A stretch of DNA of 57,798 nucleotides from Chara braunii (Eukaryota; Plantae; Charophyceae), in the NCBI GenBank assembly GCA_003427395.1, contig BFEA01000030.1, forward strand, positions 2,696,822-2,754,619, in the 5' to 3' direction. The position numbers were made by a program, and so were the translations under genes. This document shows positions 46,725-57,798 of the stretch, one piece after another. Each line of letters opens with the position of its first letter. Position 1 is the first letter of the stretch. Under the pieces are notes generated by a model. That model was not told where the DNA came from and did no database searches. It saw only the letters and a list, made by a program, of their open reading frames with translations.

Positions 46725-49700
46725 GAAACAATTTTTCATAGGATGCCATTGTAAAGTATCATAGTATCACTCATCCAATCAAATTACTTCCAATAGGATT
46801 GCAAGGACTGATTGTTGATAGTTGATTACCATAAACTAGAGTGTTAATCTGAAGGAGGTGATGAACTATGTACTTGAAACGATGCGGTGCAATTACTATA
46901 TTTCCAAAGAGCTGGTGAAACTATTATCTACCCATAAACAACTTTTAATCTCCTTCCGTCAGGGTGGCTCCGTATAAGTCCCTCATTGCCCATACACATA
47001 AAAAACAAGAATATCGTTTTCTTTTCGTTATATCAGACCAATTAAAAACAAACCTTGAGAGTCCCCACCTTCAAGCAGGGTAGTCCCAAAAATATGGAAC
47101 AACATGTGAAGCAATGCGTCCACCAATCAAATTTACTATACACCAATTCACACCTCACCCCAATACTCTCTGACCCATGTGCAATTTTTCATGATTTTGT
47201 TTTGTTTTACTAGTTTCTTGGACGATAACTATAGTTTGATCAAAGCATTGTAACAATTTGTGACTATTTTTAAGTCTTTGTAATATGGCAATGGCATTAT
47301 ATCATAATATATATATGTATATTATTTTTTTCAACAATTATAATCAACTTTTTGTTTCTCTTCATAACTTTAAAAATCCAATACATTTTCATAACTCGAA
47401 CATAGAGATAGAGACATATGATAAGGAGCAACCAAGTTCTCGAACAACGATAAAAATGACAAGGATCAATAACATCCAAGACACATATTATTTTCTCTAT
47501 ACGCATACTTCATCTTTTTATTCACTACAAAACCTCTCTTACAACGGTACTTTATAAACCATTTCTTCTTTCTCTCTTCCCTACTCCGAAATTTCTTCCT
47601 AAACCATGATGTCTCTCATACCCACCTTCACAAACCGTCATAAGAATTCTTGATGTCTATCTTTTTCATTCCACGCATACCCACTTATGCTTGACCCTCG
47701 TTGTCGGCTCAATCCCCACTTGCGGGTTGCCTAGCCTAAAGTGTCAGCCAATTCCTTCCCTTATCATTGTTTTTGGAGAGAGTGGATATCGTCGGTACAG
47801 TGAACCCTCCCTAGTGAAGCTTTACCTCCCCATTGCCATACTCTGTGCTGCTTTTCTCTTTCTTTTACCTCCATCACAAATTTTATCCCCATTTGCTTAT
47901 CATCATTTTGCTTGCACTGAGACCAAGATGTGCAAATAGTTCATTTTGATTTTTCTCACAATTCTCATCTCCTTCCGCTCTCTCTCCCACCCTTAGTGAG
48001 CGCCATACTCCCAACCACAATATGCACACATCGCAAATAAAATTACCTTTTTGTACCGATCTCATTTTCCTTGCATAATACAATCTTTCCCCGCAGTAGT
48101 TGCTCATGCTCTTAAGAGATACTAGGCATCTTCACCTTCGTATTTGTCCCAACCTCTTTGAGCCATATCATTGAATGAGATCCTGTAGTTGTTTTGATGG
48201 ATGGCGTAATTACGATACAGCTCTGTGTTGTATTCGATATTATAATAATTGTGTAAGGCATAGTTGTATATGCTTATGTATTTTCTGTTGTAGCAATTAT
48301 TGTAGTTTTGGTCATTAACCTACTTTATTCTTCAAAATTAGTAAATTGTATAAATGGTTGATTTATTAATCTTCAAAGGCCGACTCCTCCCTGATTGTTG
48401 ATCAACTAGTTCATCATTTTGTTCGACGAAATTCCTTATAACAAACTTTAACTTGGCCACAATAGAAGGGGATCTTTCACAAAATGACCTAATGTATTGA
48501 TGACTTCAAGCTCGCGAGCCGATAATTGCATAGGGTAAATTTTTGTATCCCTCCCCTATAAAATAAGGACGGAGTACATTCTATAAATTAAAAATATATT
48601 CTCATAAGTTGTAACACTTTCGCACTATCAACATCGTCTTCAATGCTCTTCATCGGATGAGTTGTTAACGTCATCATCTTCATATCAATTACTTTTCTTA
48701 TGTTAGATTAGTTACGATAAATGCGAAGAGATTTGCTTCAACAACAAGTCAATTATGTACATTATTTTCTCTCACAAACATTGAAAGACATAATAATAAA
48801 CTTACCTTTCAGTGTTATTATGTAGACAAGCACAACGTGTCCGACTCACCTTTACGACGGTTTGTATAGTGGAGGGATCCACATGAACACTCTCTCAATG
48901 TAAGAGAAATTGACAGTGTTTTTAACTTAACAAGCGTATTTACTGATCGTATGAGGGGTGTGGGACAACCTGTCCCCGACATGCACAGGTGGCTAGGGAA
49001 AAAAGGATGCACTCTTAGTACAAGGCTCAACAGTATTTACCATTCTCACTATTATTTATTGAATCCTTGAATGTTTTTTGCCTCCAAAGTCTATAGTTTC
49101 TAATATCATTTCAACCAATACCTAACATCATAATCAACAAAGTGATAGAAAATGTGGTGCACGTAAATAGATAAATATCAGTATTAATACGGAAGTGCGC
49201 CGAGCATCCCCAAGCCAAAAGGTTCCCCACACAAGTTCCCCCCCAAAACATCCAGCAACTAGAGTGAAAAAGGTGAGCAAATCGCCTATTTTGGTACTAA
49301 TCTTGGAATGTAAGTGAAACTCTAACTAGAGAGTGACATGAGTTGGTCCAATCACCTGTCTAATGTTGCTTAAGCATACAAACACATAAGCTAGTTTAAG
49401 GGTTATTCAACCCCAATATGTTCTTATCATCACCTCAAGGTTACAATGAGGCACATACTATAACCTAAGACACACATGTTTTTCCACCGAGTGCGGAAGA
49501 GGCAGAGAAGAACCGTTCTAGTATATACTTTTTTCCTCACACACGTGCTTTCTAACCCACTACCATAACTATGCTCATCTATGTTTTCATGATCTTCACT
49601 CATAATCTCATATGTCCTGACAGTGTTCGTTGCCCAATAATCTCGATTGACCCTTATATCTGTTCGTAGCAATGCGAATTAACTACCATGTCAATGACAT

Positions 49701-50027
49701 TTTCTACATTCCGTGAAGAAATCTCTGATGAGTTGAACCAACAAACGTGATCACCTATCCGTATGGCAAGCAATGATCTCACAAAGTTTACCTCTCATGC
49801 AACTAAGTCTTTAAACCATCAGTACGCTTCCCAACCAGTTTGCAAAAATGTGTCATGCATGCATGCACATGGAGTCGTGCGGGATGTATGGCCTACCAGG
49901 GTTGATAAATATTGTCTTTGATTGCAAATTGGTTGGCAATGACCAAAAGGTAAAGGTGGATATAATCTTCAACGAGTTTGAGTTGATATGTGAGAGTTTC
50001 ATATTTATATGTTGAAAGAATGATGGT

Positions 50028-51015
50028 TCAAGTGTGTGTAGTTATGAGGGGTAACTTTCTGAGCACATTAAACTCATAGAACTTATAGACGATATGAGTT
50101 TGCATTAAGTTTGCGTCCTGATTCTACCTCCTTTTGATTGCAGAAGATAAAGAGAGGAATCATTACCAACATGTTGCAACGTACTTGTGATGCATTTTAT
50201 TTTTTTGATGATCCTAATGGGGATTACCGCACTCAAAGTGCAACTTAGATAGTTGCATTACCCTACGTTGAACTTGTTTTTTTTGTGAGGTGTTGATGTT
50301 GTTTGTCAAAAATGTCAAAAGCCTCCTACAATCATTGATTAACCTTTTTTACCACTTCCGAAACTAAAGAGGACGAAGGTGGTGTCAATTGTCAGATCCT
50401 ACATTAAGTGACAACGAAGTTAGTATGTATCTAATCTAATTATGGTCATAATACTTATTTTTCAAGTGTGTGTAACTATGAGGGGCGACTTTCTGCTCAA
50501 CTTATAGACGATATGAGTTTGTTTTAAGTTTGCTTCCTGATTCCACCTCCTTTCGACTGCAGAAGATAAAGAGAGGAATCATTACCAACACATTACAGGG
50601 TACTGGTGATGCAATTTGTTTTGTTGATAATTGTGATGGTGATTACCACACTCAAAATGCAACTTAGACAGTTGCATTACCGTACATTGAACTCGTTTCT
50701 TCGTGAGATGTTGACGTTATTTATCAAAAATGTCAAAGGCCTCTTACAATCATTGATTAACATTTTTTACTACTTTCTGATGGTGATTACCACACTCAAA
50801 GTGCAATTTAAACAGTTGCATTACCGTATATTGAACTTGTTTCTTCGTGAGATGTTGACGTTATTTGTCAAAAATGTCAAAGGTCTCTTACAATCATTGA
50901 TTAACTTTTTTGCCACTTCCAAAACTAAAGAGGATGAAGGTGGTGTCAATTGATAGGTTATGCATTAAGTGACAAAAAAGTTACTTTTTATCTAATGATG
51001 GTCGTAATACTTATG
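50028..51015. repeat. ~433-bp tandem duplication; second copy has an internal ~143-bp duplication
   Basis: TCAAGTGTGTGTA..TATGAGGGG at ~50028 and ~50462; TGATGGTGATTACCACACTCAAA at ~50633 and ~50778. Confidence 0.85.
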
Positions 51016-53687
51016 TACTTTGATTTAAACCACTAGTAAAAGGTTTCTCTGCCTTAATACGATTTTAGATAAATAAACATGTTAGTGACAACCGGTTCAC
51101 CTTTCCACCAGCATTCACTGAATGTGTGTAATGTTTATCCTTGTCACAAAGGTGAAAGAGTGATCAAACTCATAACAAATGATCAAAAGATCTTATGAAA
51201 GTTAATTGACATACGCCGAATCCTTAATGCTCTGGGCGATAAGATCACTGATTTTGCCACGGGTCATGACAAACACATTCCCAAACCGCTTGTTTGCATA
51301 GACATTGAGGATCCATCTCACTATTGCCTCTTTTCATTATGTGGTAAGTTTGTAAACGTTTTTTTTTTTTTTAAGAAGAACATCTTTTGAGGAAATCTCT
51401 ACCTCGAGGGTGATATGAGCACCTCTGCAATGTAGGTTTGCCGCACACAATGGTCCCTGCCTATTGGTGGGTAGCTGGCCCTGTTTGAAATCAAATTAAT
51501 TTTGAGTACCAATACTAGATACATAAACCACATTTCGAATGATCATGGCGACATTGTTTACCTTTGAAATGAAAGAGGACTTATGTGATTGAGAAAACTC
51601 TACGATTTGTTTTTGTCACCTTCAATCAAACACGTTGGATTTCCTTTTTGTCACCTTCAATCAAATATGTTGGATTTCCTTCAACTACTATCCTCTTCTC
51701 AGAGTATGAGGCCGTCATACGGAGTTGAACCTGCTAAAGTCATCTATGCTCAGACTATTCAAAGGAGAGTAACCAAATAAATCCGTTGTCGGCCTAAGGC
51801 AAGTTATGTGTGGGTGGTCCAGTCCTGGAAGCTTAAACCACCTAAACATCTTCCCGGTATTAAAAACATATGTGTCTTGCATGCAGCCGCAACTCTTCGG
51901 GCTAGGCCTTTGAAGCAAAATAACTAGCGGCGCCAAACAAAAGGAGACCTGCACCGGTTTGTTTCTTTTTGGTGCACAGGGCATGTCCAACTCCGGACAA
52001 AAGTGCCTCGGACTTTACTAATGGTTTGAACCACTAGTACCTCACCCACACATCGACTGGGGCCCTCACCTCAACTTTCAAAGACCCGAAATGTCACAAC
52101 GACCGCCGACGAAATTTATCAACGACAGACCGCCTCAAAAGTTGAGGCCGTTAACGAGACGCGTCTTTGAAAAATGGTTGTGAAATGTACTAGTGGTTTA
52201 AGTTGGGAACCCCCCCACTCCATTTAGGAACCAAACCAACTTTCCTTGCCTAGTCATCATCGAGCCATTCTAGAGGAAAATTAGACGTTGTATTTTATAT
52301 TACTTCTTTTCAGTATATTAAATCATTAGTAGATTGCTCAGTCTTTCTAAGAACCCCTAACATGAAGTCATGGAAAAGCTCAGAGTGCTCGTAGAAAAAA
52401 GTCTGACAGCTTTGTAGGGCCTAACCCTGTTAGACTTTCGAGCCTGCGTCGACCCCACTGCGGGTCCCATTTGGCTCGACCCGCCCACACTCGTGCTCAG
52501 GTTGCGGGCCAGTCGTCACGAGGCCACCCCCACCTAGTGCTTTGAGATGGGTGGGGATGGGTCATTTTGCGAGAGAACTTTGACATTGGGGACGTAGCTC
52601 CGCCCTCTCGCTGGATAGTAGTCTCGCTAATCTTTTCATCAAACGCGGTTTTCTTAATACTTTGAGATATTATCATGCAATAGCTCCTTCCGATACTTAC
52701 GCAGTCTAGGGAGTTTATTGAAAGTCCGTCTTCTTTTATGCGCAGGCCAAGCGTTCTCCTTCGGCCGCACATGCATTCACTAAGCGGTGAGTCCTTAAAG
52801 CCTTGTTGAGCTTGCGGCCGCCGTTCGACTCGGGTCCGCGAACCATGTCTCGCGGTCCCCCTACGCCTCCCTAAGGTTTTACCTGCTTCCCTCTTCGGCC
52901 ATCCTACGCGTAACTTTCGTTGTCGCATACATCATGCATGTCTACCTTTTGTTCAACCTTTGCATTTGTCCTACACACCCCTTAGCCTTTTCGGGGCCCC
53001 ATCCCGCGCCAATTTTTTCATTTCAATCTAGGCGGCCTTCTCGACCGCCTTGTGTCTTTGCAGTTTGCTATAGCCGACTTTGCTTTGCACAAACATGCTC
53101 AAGAACATATTCAAGGGCAAGGGGTTAAGTCCACAACCCGTTTGACCTCAGTCTCACTTTCTCTTTGTCGCCCGACATACCCGAGACCGAATCCCTCTCA
53201 ATGACTCCTTAGGCTACTCACCTGCACATTCCATACAATTTATGCAACGCACCCCCGACATGGGGTCAACACATAATCCTTCCCACAAGCCTAGGTTCAC
53301 TTTTCCTTAGCTCTTTGTGCTTTTCTTTTTTCCTTTCATAGTCTAAGACCAATCTCTTATCTTAGTCATGCAGTCGGGGTAATGGTTGAGTCAACTAATC
53401 TTGCTTCAAATTATCAAATTTTTCTTGTCCCTTCCCGAACTTGCCTCCTTCCCATTTTTCAAGTGCCTTTTTCTTCCCTTCTTGGCGGCACACGGGACCG
53501 GCAGCCCTTCCCATGCTCACTTTCTCTACCAAGTGAGGACAGACTCCTTTCACCGTTCGTTCCCTGACAATGTAACAAGTGAGTGAGAAGGGTTAGTTAT
53601 ATGCCAAGAGGAGAGGGATGGGGAGAAAGTAAGGCCAAAACTTTAGGATGTGGGACACAGACGATGACGGGAAAAGGGAGGCAGCGG

Positions 53688-53703
53688 AGAGAGAGAGAGA
53701 GAG

Positions 53704-53781
<78 letters not shown>
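53688..53781. repeat. (GA)n microsatellite
   Basis: Seen directly. Confidence 0.95.
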
Positions 53782-53787
<6 letters not shown>

Positions 53788-53949
53788 AAAAAAAACAAAG
53801 ACTCCCTACTCCTAATCAAACTTATCCCCTACTTGTCCCACCGTCCTACCTAAGGTTCCCTTTCTATACCTTGCTTTTTTTGTGCCCCTTTGGTCATGGC
53901 CTTTGGTTGGTGAATGAGGTGAGCGGGGAAGGGGGTGTGAGGCAGTTGG

Positions 53950-56900
53950 AATTGGAGGATGGTTCAAGAAGATGGAGGAGGACGATGGTGCGAGATGGTT
54001 AGCTATGGTGGATGGGTGAAGAAGGTCGAGGAGAAAGAAAATGCGAGGTGACTGACTATGGTGGATTGATGAAGAAGATGGAGGAGGAAGATGGTGCGAG
54101 GTGCTTGGCTATGGTGGATGGGTGAAGAAGATGGAGAAGGAAGATGGTGTGAGGAGGTTGGCTATGGTGGATGGGTGAAGAAGATGGAAGAGGAAGATGG
54201 TGTGAGGTGGTTGGCTATGGTAAATGCAGGAGGAAGATGGAGGAGGAAGATGGTGTGAAGTGGCTGACTACAGTGGATGGGTGAGCAAGATGGAGGAGGA
54301 AGATGATGGAGGTGGTCGGCTATGGTGGATGGGCGAAGGAGATGGAGGAGGACGATCGTGTGAGGTGGTTGGCTATGGTGGATGGGTGAAGAAGATGGAG
54401 GAGGAAGATGGTGTGAGGTGGTTGACTATGATGGATGAGTGAAGAAGATGGAGGAGGAAGATGGTGTGAGGTGGTTGGCTATGGTGGCTGGATGAAGAAG
54501 ATGGACAAGGAAGATGGTGTGAGGTGGTTGGCTATGGTGGATGGGTGAAGAATATGGAGGAGGAAGATGGTGTGAGGTGGTTGACTATGGTGGATGGGTA
54601 AAAAAGATAGAGGAGGAAGATTGTGTGAGGTGGTTAGCTAGGATGTAGAAGATTGAGGAGGAAGATGGTGTGCGGTGGTTGACTATGGTGGATAGGTGAA
54701 GAAGATGGAGGAGGAAGATGATGAGAGGTGGTCGGCTATGACGGATGGGTGAAGAAGATGGTGTGAGGTGATTGACTATGGTGGATGGATGCAGAAGATA
54801 GAGGAGGGAGATGGTGTGAGGCGGTTGGCTCTGGTGGATGGGTGAAGAAGATGGAGGAGGAAGATGGTGTGAGGAGGTTGGCTATGGTGGAGTGGTGAAG
54901 AAGATAGAGGAGGCAGATGGTGTGAGGTAGTTGGCTGTGGTGGATGGATGAGGAAGATGGAGGAGAAAAATTATGGGAGGTGGTCGGCTATGGTCAATAG
55001 GTGAAGGAGATAGAGATGGTGTGAGATGGTTGGCTATGGTGTATGAGTGAAGAAGATGGAGGAGGAAGATGGTGTGAGGTCGTTGGCTATGGTGGATGGG
55101 TGGAGAAGATGGAGGAGGAAGATGGTGTGAGGTGGTTGGCTATGATGGATGGGTGAAGAAGATGGAGGAGGAAGCTGGTGTGAGGTGAATGGCTATGGTG
55201 GATGGGTGAAGAAGATGAAGGAGGAAGATGGTGTTAGGTGGTTGGCTATGGTGGGTGAGTGAAGAAGATGAAGGAGGAAGATGGTGTGAGGTGGTTGACT
55301 TTGATGGATGGATGGAAAATATGGAGAGGGGAGATGGTGTGAGGTGGTTGGCTATGGTGGCTGGGTGAAGAAGATGGAGGAGGAAGATGGTGTGAGGTGG
55401 TTGGGTAAGGTGGATGTATGGAGATGATAGAGAAGTAAGATGGTGTGAGGTGGTTGGCTCTGGTGGATGGATGGAAAAGATGGAAGAGGGAGATGGTGTG
55501 AGGTAGCTGGCTATGGTGGATGGGTGAAGAAGATGGAGGAGGAAGATGGTGTGAGATGATTGGCTGTGGTGGAGGAATGAGGAAGATGGAGAAGAAAGAT
55601 GATGGGAGGTGGTCGGCTATGGTCAATGGATGAAGGGGATGGAGGAGGAAGATGGCGTGAGGTGGTTGGCTATGGTGGATGGGTGAAGAAGATGGAGGAG
55701 GAAGATGGTATGAGGTGTTTGGCTATGGTGGATGAGTGAAGAAGATGGATGAGGAAGATGATGTGAGGTGGTCGGCTATGGTGGATGGGTGAAGAAGATG
55801 GAGGAGGGAGATGGTGTGTGGTAGCTGGCTATGGTGGATGAGTGAAGAAGATTGAGGAGGAAGATGGTGTGAGGTGGTTGGCTATGGTGGATGGGTGAAG
55901 AAGATGGAGGAGGAAGATGGTGTGAGGTGGTTNNNNNNNNNNNNNNNNNNNNNNNNNNNNNNNNNNNNNNNNNNNNNNNNNNNNNNNNNNNNNNNNNNNN
56001 NNNNNNNNNNNNNNNNNNNNNNNNNNNNNNNNNNNNNNNNNNNNNNNNNNNNNNNNNNNNNNNNNNNNNNNNNNNNNNNNNNNNNNNNNNNNNNNNNNNN
56101 NNNNNNNNNNNNNNNNNNNNNNNNNNNNNNNNNNNNNNNNNNNNNNNNNNNNNNNNNNNNNNNNNNNNNNNNNNNNNNNNNNNNNNNNNNNNNNNNNNNN
56201 NNNNNNNNNNNNNNNNNNNNNNNNNNNNNNNNNNNNNNNNNNNNNNNNNNNNNNNNNNNNNNNNNNNNNNNNNNNNNNNNNNNNNNNNNNNNNNNNNNNN
56301 NNNNNNNNNNNNNNNNNNNNNNNNNNNNNNNNNNNNNNNNNNNNNNNNNNNNNNNNNNNNNNNNNNNNNNNNNNNNNNNNNNNNNNNNNNNNNNNNNNNN
56401 NNNNNNNNNNNNNNNNNNNNNNNNNNNNNNNNNNNNNNNNNNNNNNNNNNNNNNNNNNNNNNNNNNNNNNNNNNNNNNNNNNNNNNNNNNNNNNNNNNNN
56501 NNNNNNNNNNNNNNNNNNNNNNNNNNNNNNNNNNNNNNNNNNNNNNNNNNNNNNNNNNNNNNNNNNNNNNNNNNNNNNNNNNNNNNNNNNNNNNNNNNNN
56601 NNNNNNNNNNNNNNNNNNNNNNNNNNNNNNNNNNNNNNNNNNNNNNNNNNNNNNNNNNNNNNNNNNNNNNNNNNNNNNNNNNNNNNNNNNNNNNNNNNNN
56701 NNNNNNNNNNNNNNNNNNNNNNNNNNNNNNNNNNNNNNNNNNNNNNNNNNNNNNNNNNNNNNNNNNNNNNNNNNNNNNNNNNNNNNNNNNNNNNNNNNNN
56801 NNNNNNNNNNNNNNNNNNNNNNNNNNNNNNNNNNNNNNNNNNNNNNNNNNNNNNNNNNNNNNNNNNNNNNNNNNNNNNNNNNNNNNNNNNNNNNNNNNNN

Positions 56901-57072
56901 NNNNNNNNNNNNNNNNNNNNNNNNNNNNNNNAGGAAGATGGTGTGAGGTGGTTGACTATAGTGGATGGATGAAAAAGATGGAGGAGGAAGAGGGTGTGAG
57001 GTGGTCGGATATGGTGGATGGGTGAAGAAGATGGAGAAGGGAGATGGTGTAAGATAGTTGGCTATGGTGAAG
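53950..57072. repeat. 53-bp G/A-rich tandem satellite spanning an N gap (55933-56930)
   Basis: Unit GATGGAGGAGGAAGATGGTGTGAGGTGGTTGGCTATGGTGGATGGGTGAAGAA; period checked at 54131 and 54184. Confidence 0.95.
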
Positions 57073-57764
57073 GAGACGGTGCGAAGAGTCCGATACTCTC
57101 TAAGCGTCTTACTCCGTCTCTCTTAATTTTCGGTAGTTCCGGACTTCAAAAAGTTCAGACTTGCAGCAACTAGTCCTACAGCAGATATGCAGAAAACACA
57201 GACTTGCAAAAAAATACATATTTAAGAATACGCAGTCTTTGCAATTTTTTGTCGTTTTTGTCTAAATAGGGAGAACTGAAAAACACAGGCTTGCTTTTCC
57301 TAACCCAAATGATGTAAGAATCAGTCTTAATTTGGTGGGCTCTCTGTCTGTACCCTATGGAAGACCACCATGAAATTTGGAGTGATTTCGTTGCAGTCTG
57401 CCCTTACTTGCCCGTTTCGGGCGCTGTCCGTGTCTCAAGGCGAACAGTTCAGTGAAGTCCATTTCCCATTTTTGGAGAAAAATGGACTCAGATGACCTGC
57501 AGGTTCTGCAGATCATCTGTCTATGCCTAGGAATGAGGTCTGAGAAGTCCCAGCCCTCATATCCTTTGCTTGTCGGAACTTGCCAATGTCCCCCCCCCCG
57601 GTCGCATTGGCCCCTTAGTCCCTTTTTGGGATGGGCCCGTTGTCGGGCGGCTACAATGCTACAGGGACAGAGAGAGAGAGAGAGAGGGGTGGCGGGGGGG
57701 GGGGATGGCAAGGCGCCTGCGCCCTGCCACACCCTTCCCCCCACCACCTTTTTTTTTGGGGGGG

Positions 57765-57765
<1 letters not shown>

Positions 57766-57798
<33 letters not shown>
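57766..57798. repeat. (GAAA)n microsatellite
   Basis: Seen directly at the window end. Confidence 0.9.

Noticed and set aside
49720-49765. Hammerhead-like CTGATGAG..AAAC (and a minus-strand case near 35210-35237)
   Set aside because: Here GAAA is incomplete and the stems do not close; the second case lies inside LINE RT coding sequence with a mismatched stem III.
52413-53569. Solo LTR (TGTAGGG...CCCTGACA)
   Set aside because: No matching TSD and no second copy in the window.
45824-57025. ORFs running through N gaps, microsatellites or the 53-bp satellite
   Set aside because: Artefacts of Ns and low-complexity repeats.

Overview
Repeat-dense eukaryotic DNA with four N gaps and no confidently identifiable host gene. 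It is probably the charophyte alga Chara braunii; that is an inference from the style of the Gypsy pol and its acidic extra ORF, not verified. Left to right: (1) the 3' part of a giant LTR ('family A', ends CGACA at 3213) inserted into (2) a decayed minus-strand Ty3/Gypsy element (gag, PR-RT-RH-IN, extra ORF, tRNA-iMet PBS; 3214-13474). (3) An 18.4-kb non-autonomous LTR element (13727-32086) with a CCGC target-site duplication, a tRNA-Asp PBS, LTRs of 4.5 and 7.7 kb and no gag-pol. Its LTRs carry diverged 25S rRNA-derived sequence, 123-bp subrepeats and a conserved structured 3' region; the longer LTR also has an exactly phased 179-bp array of palindromes. (4) A decayed L1/Tx1-type LINE (~32.85-37.1 kb). 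(5) Two paralogous Cys/His-rich ORF remnants, microsatellites, local duplications and a 53-bp G-rich satellite. The best candidate for an undescribed system is the giant rRNA-carrying LTR element and its phased palindrome array.
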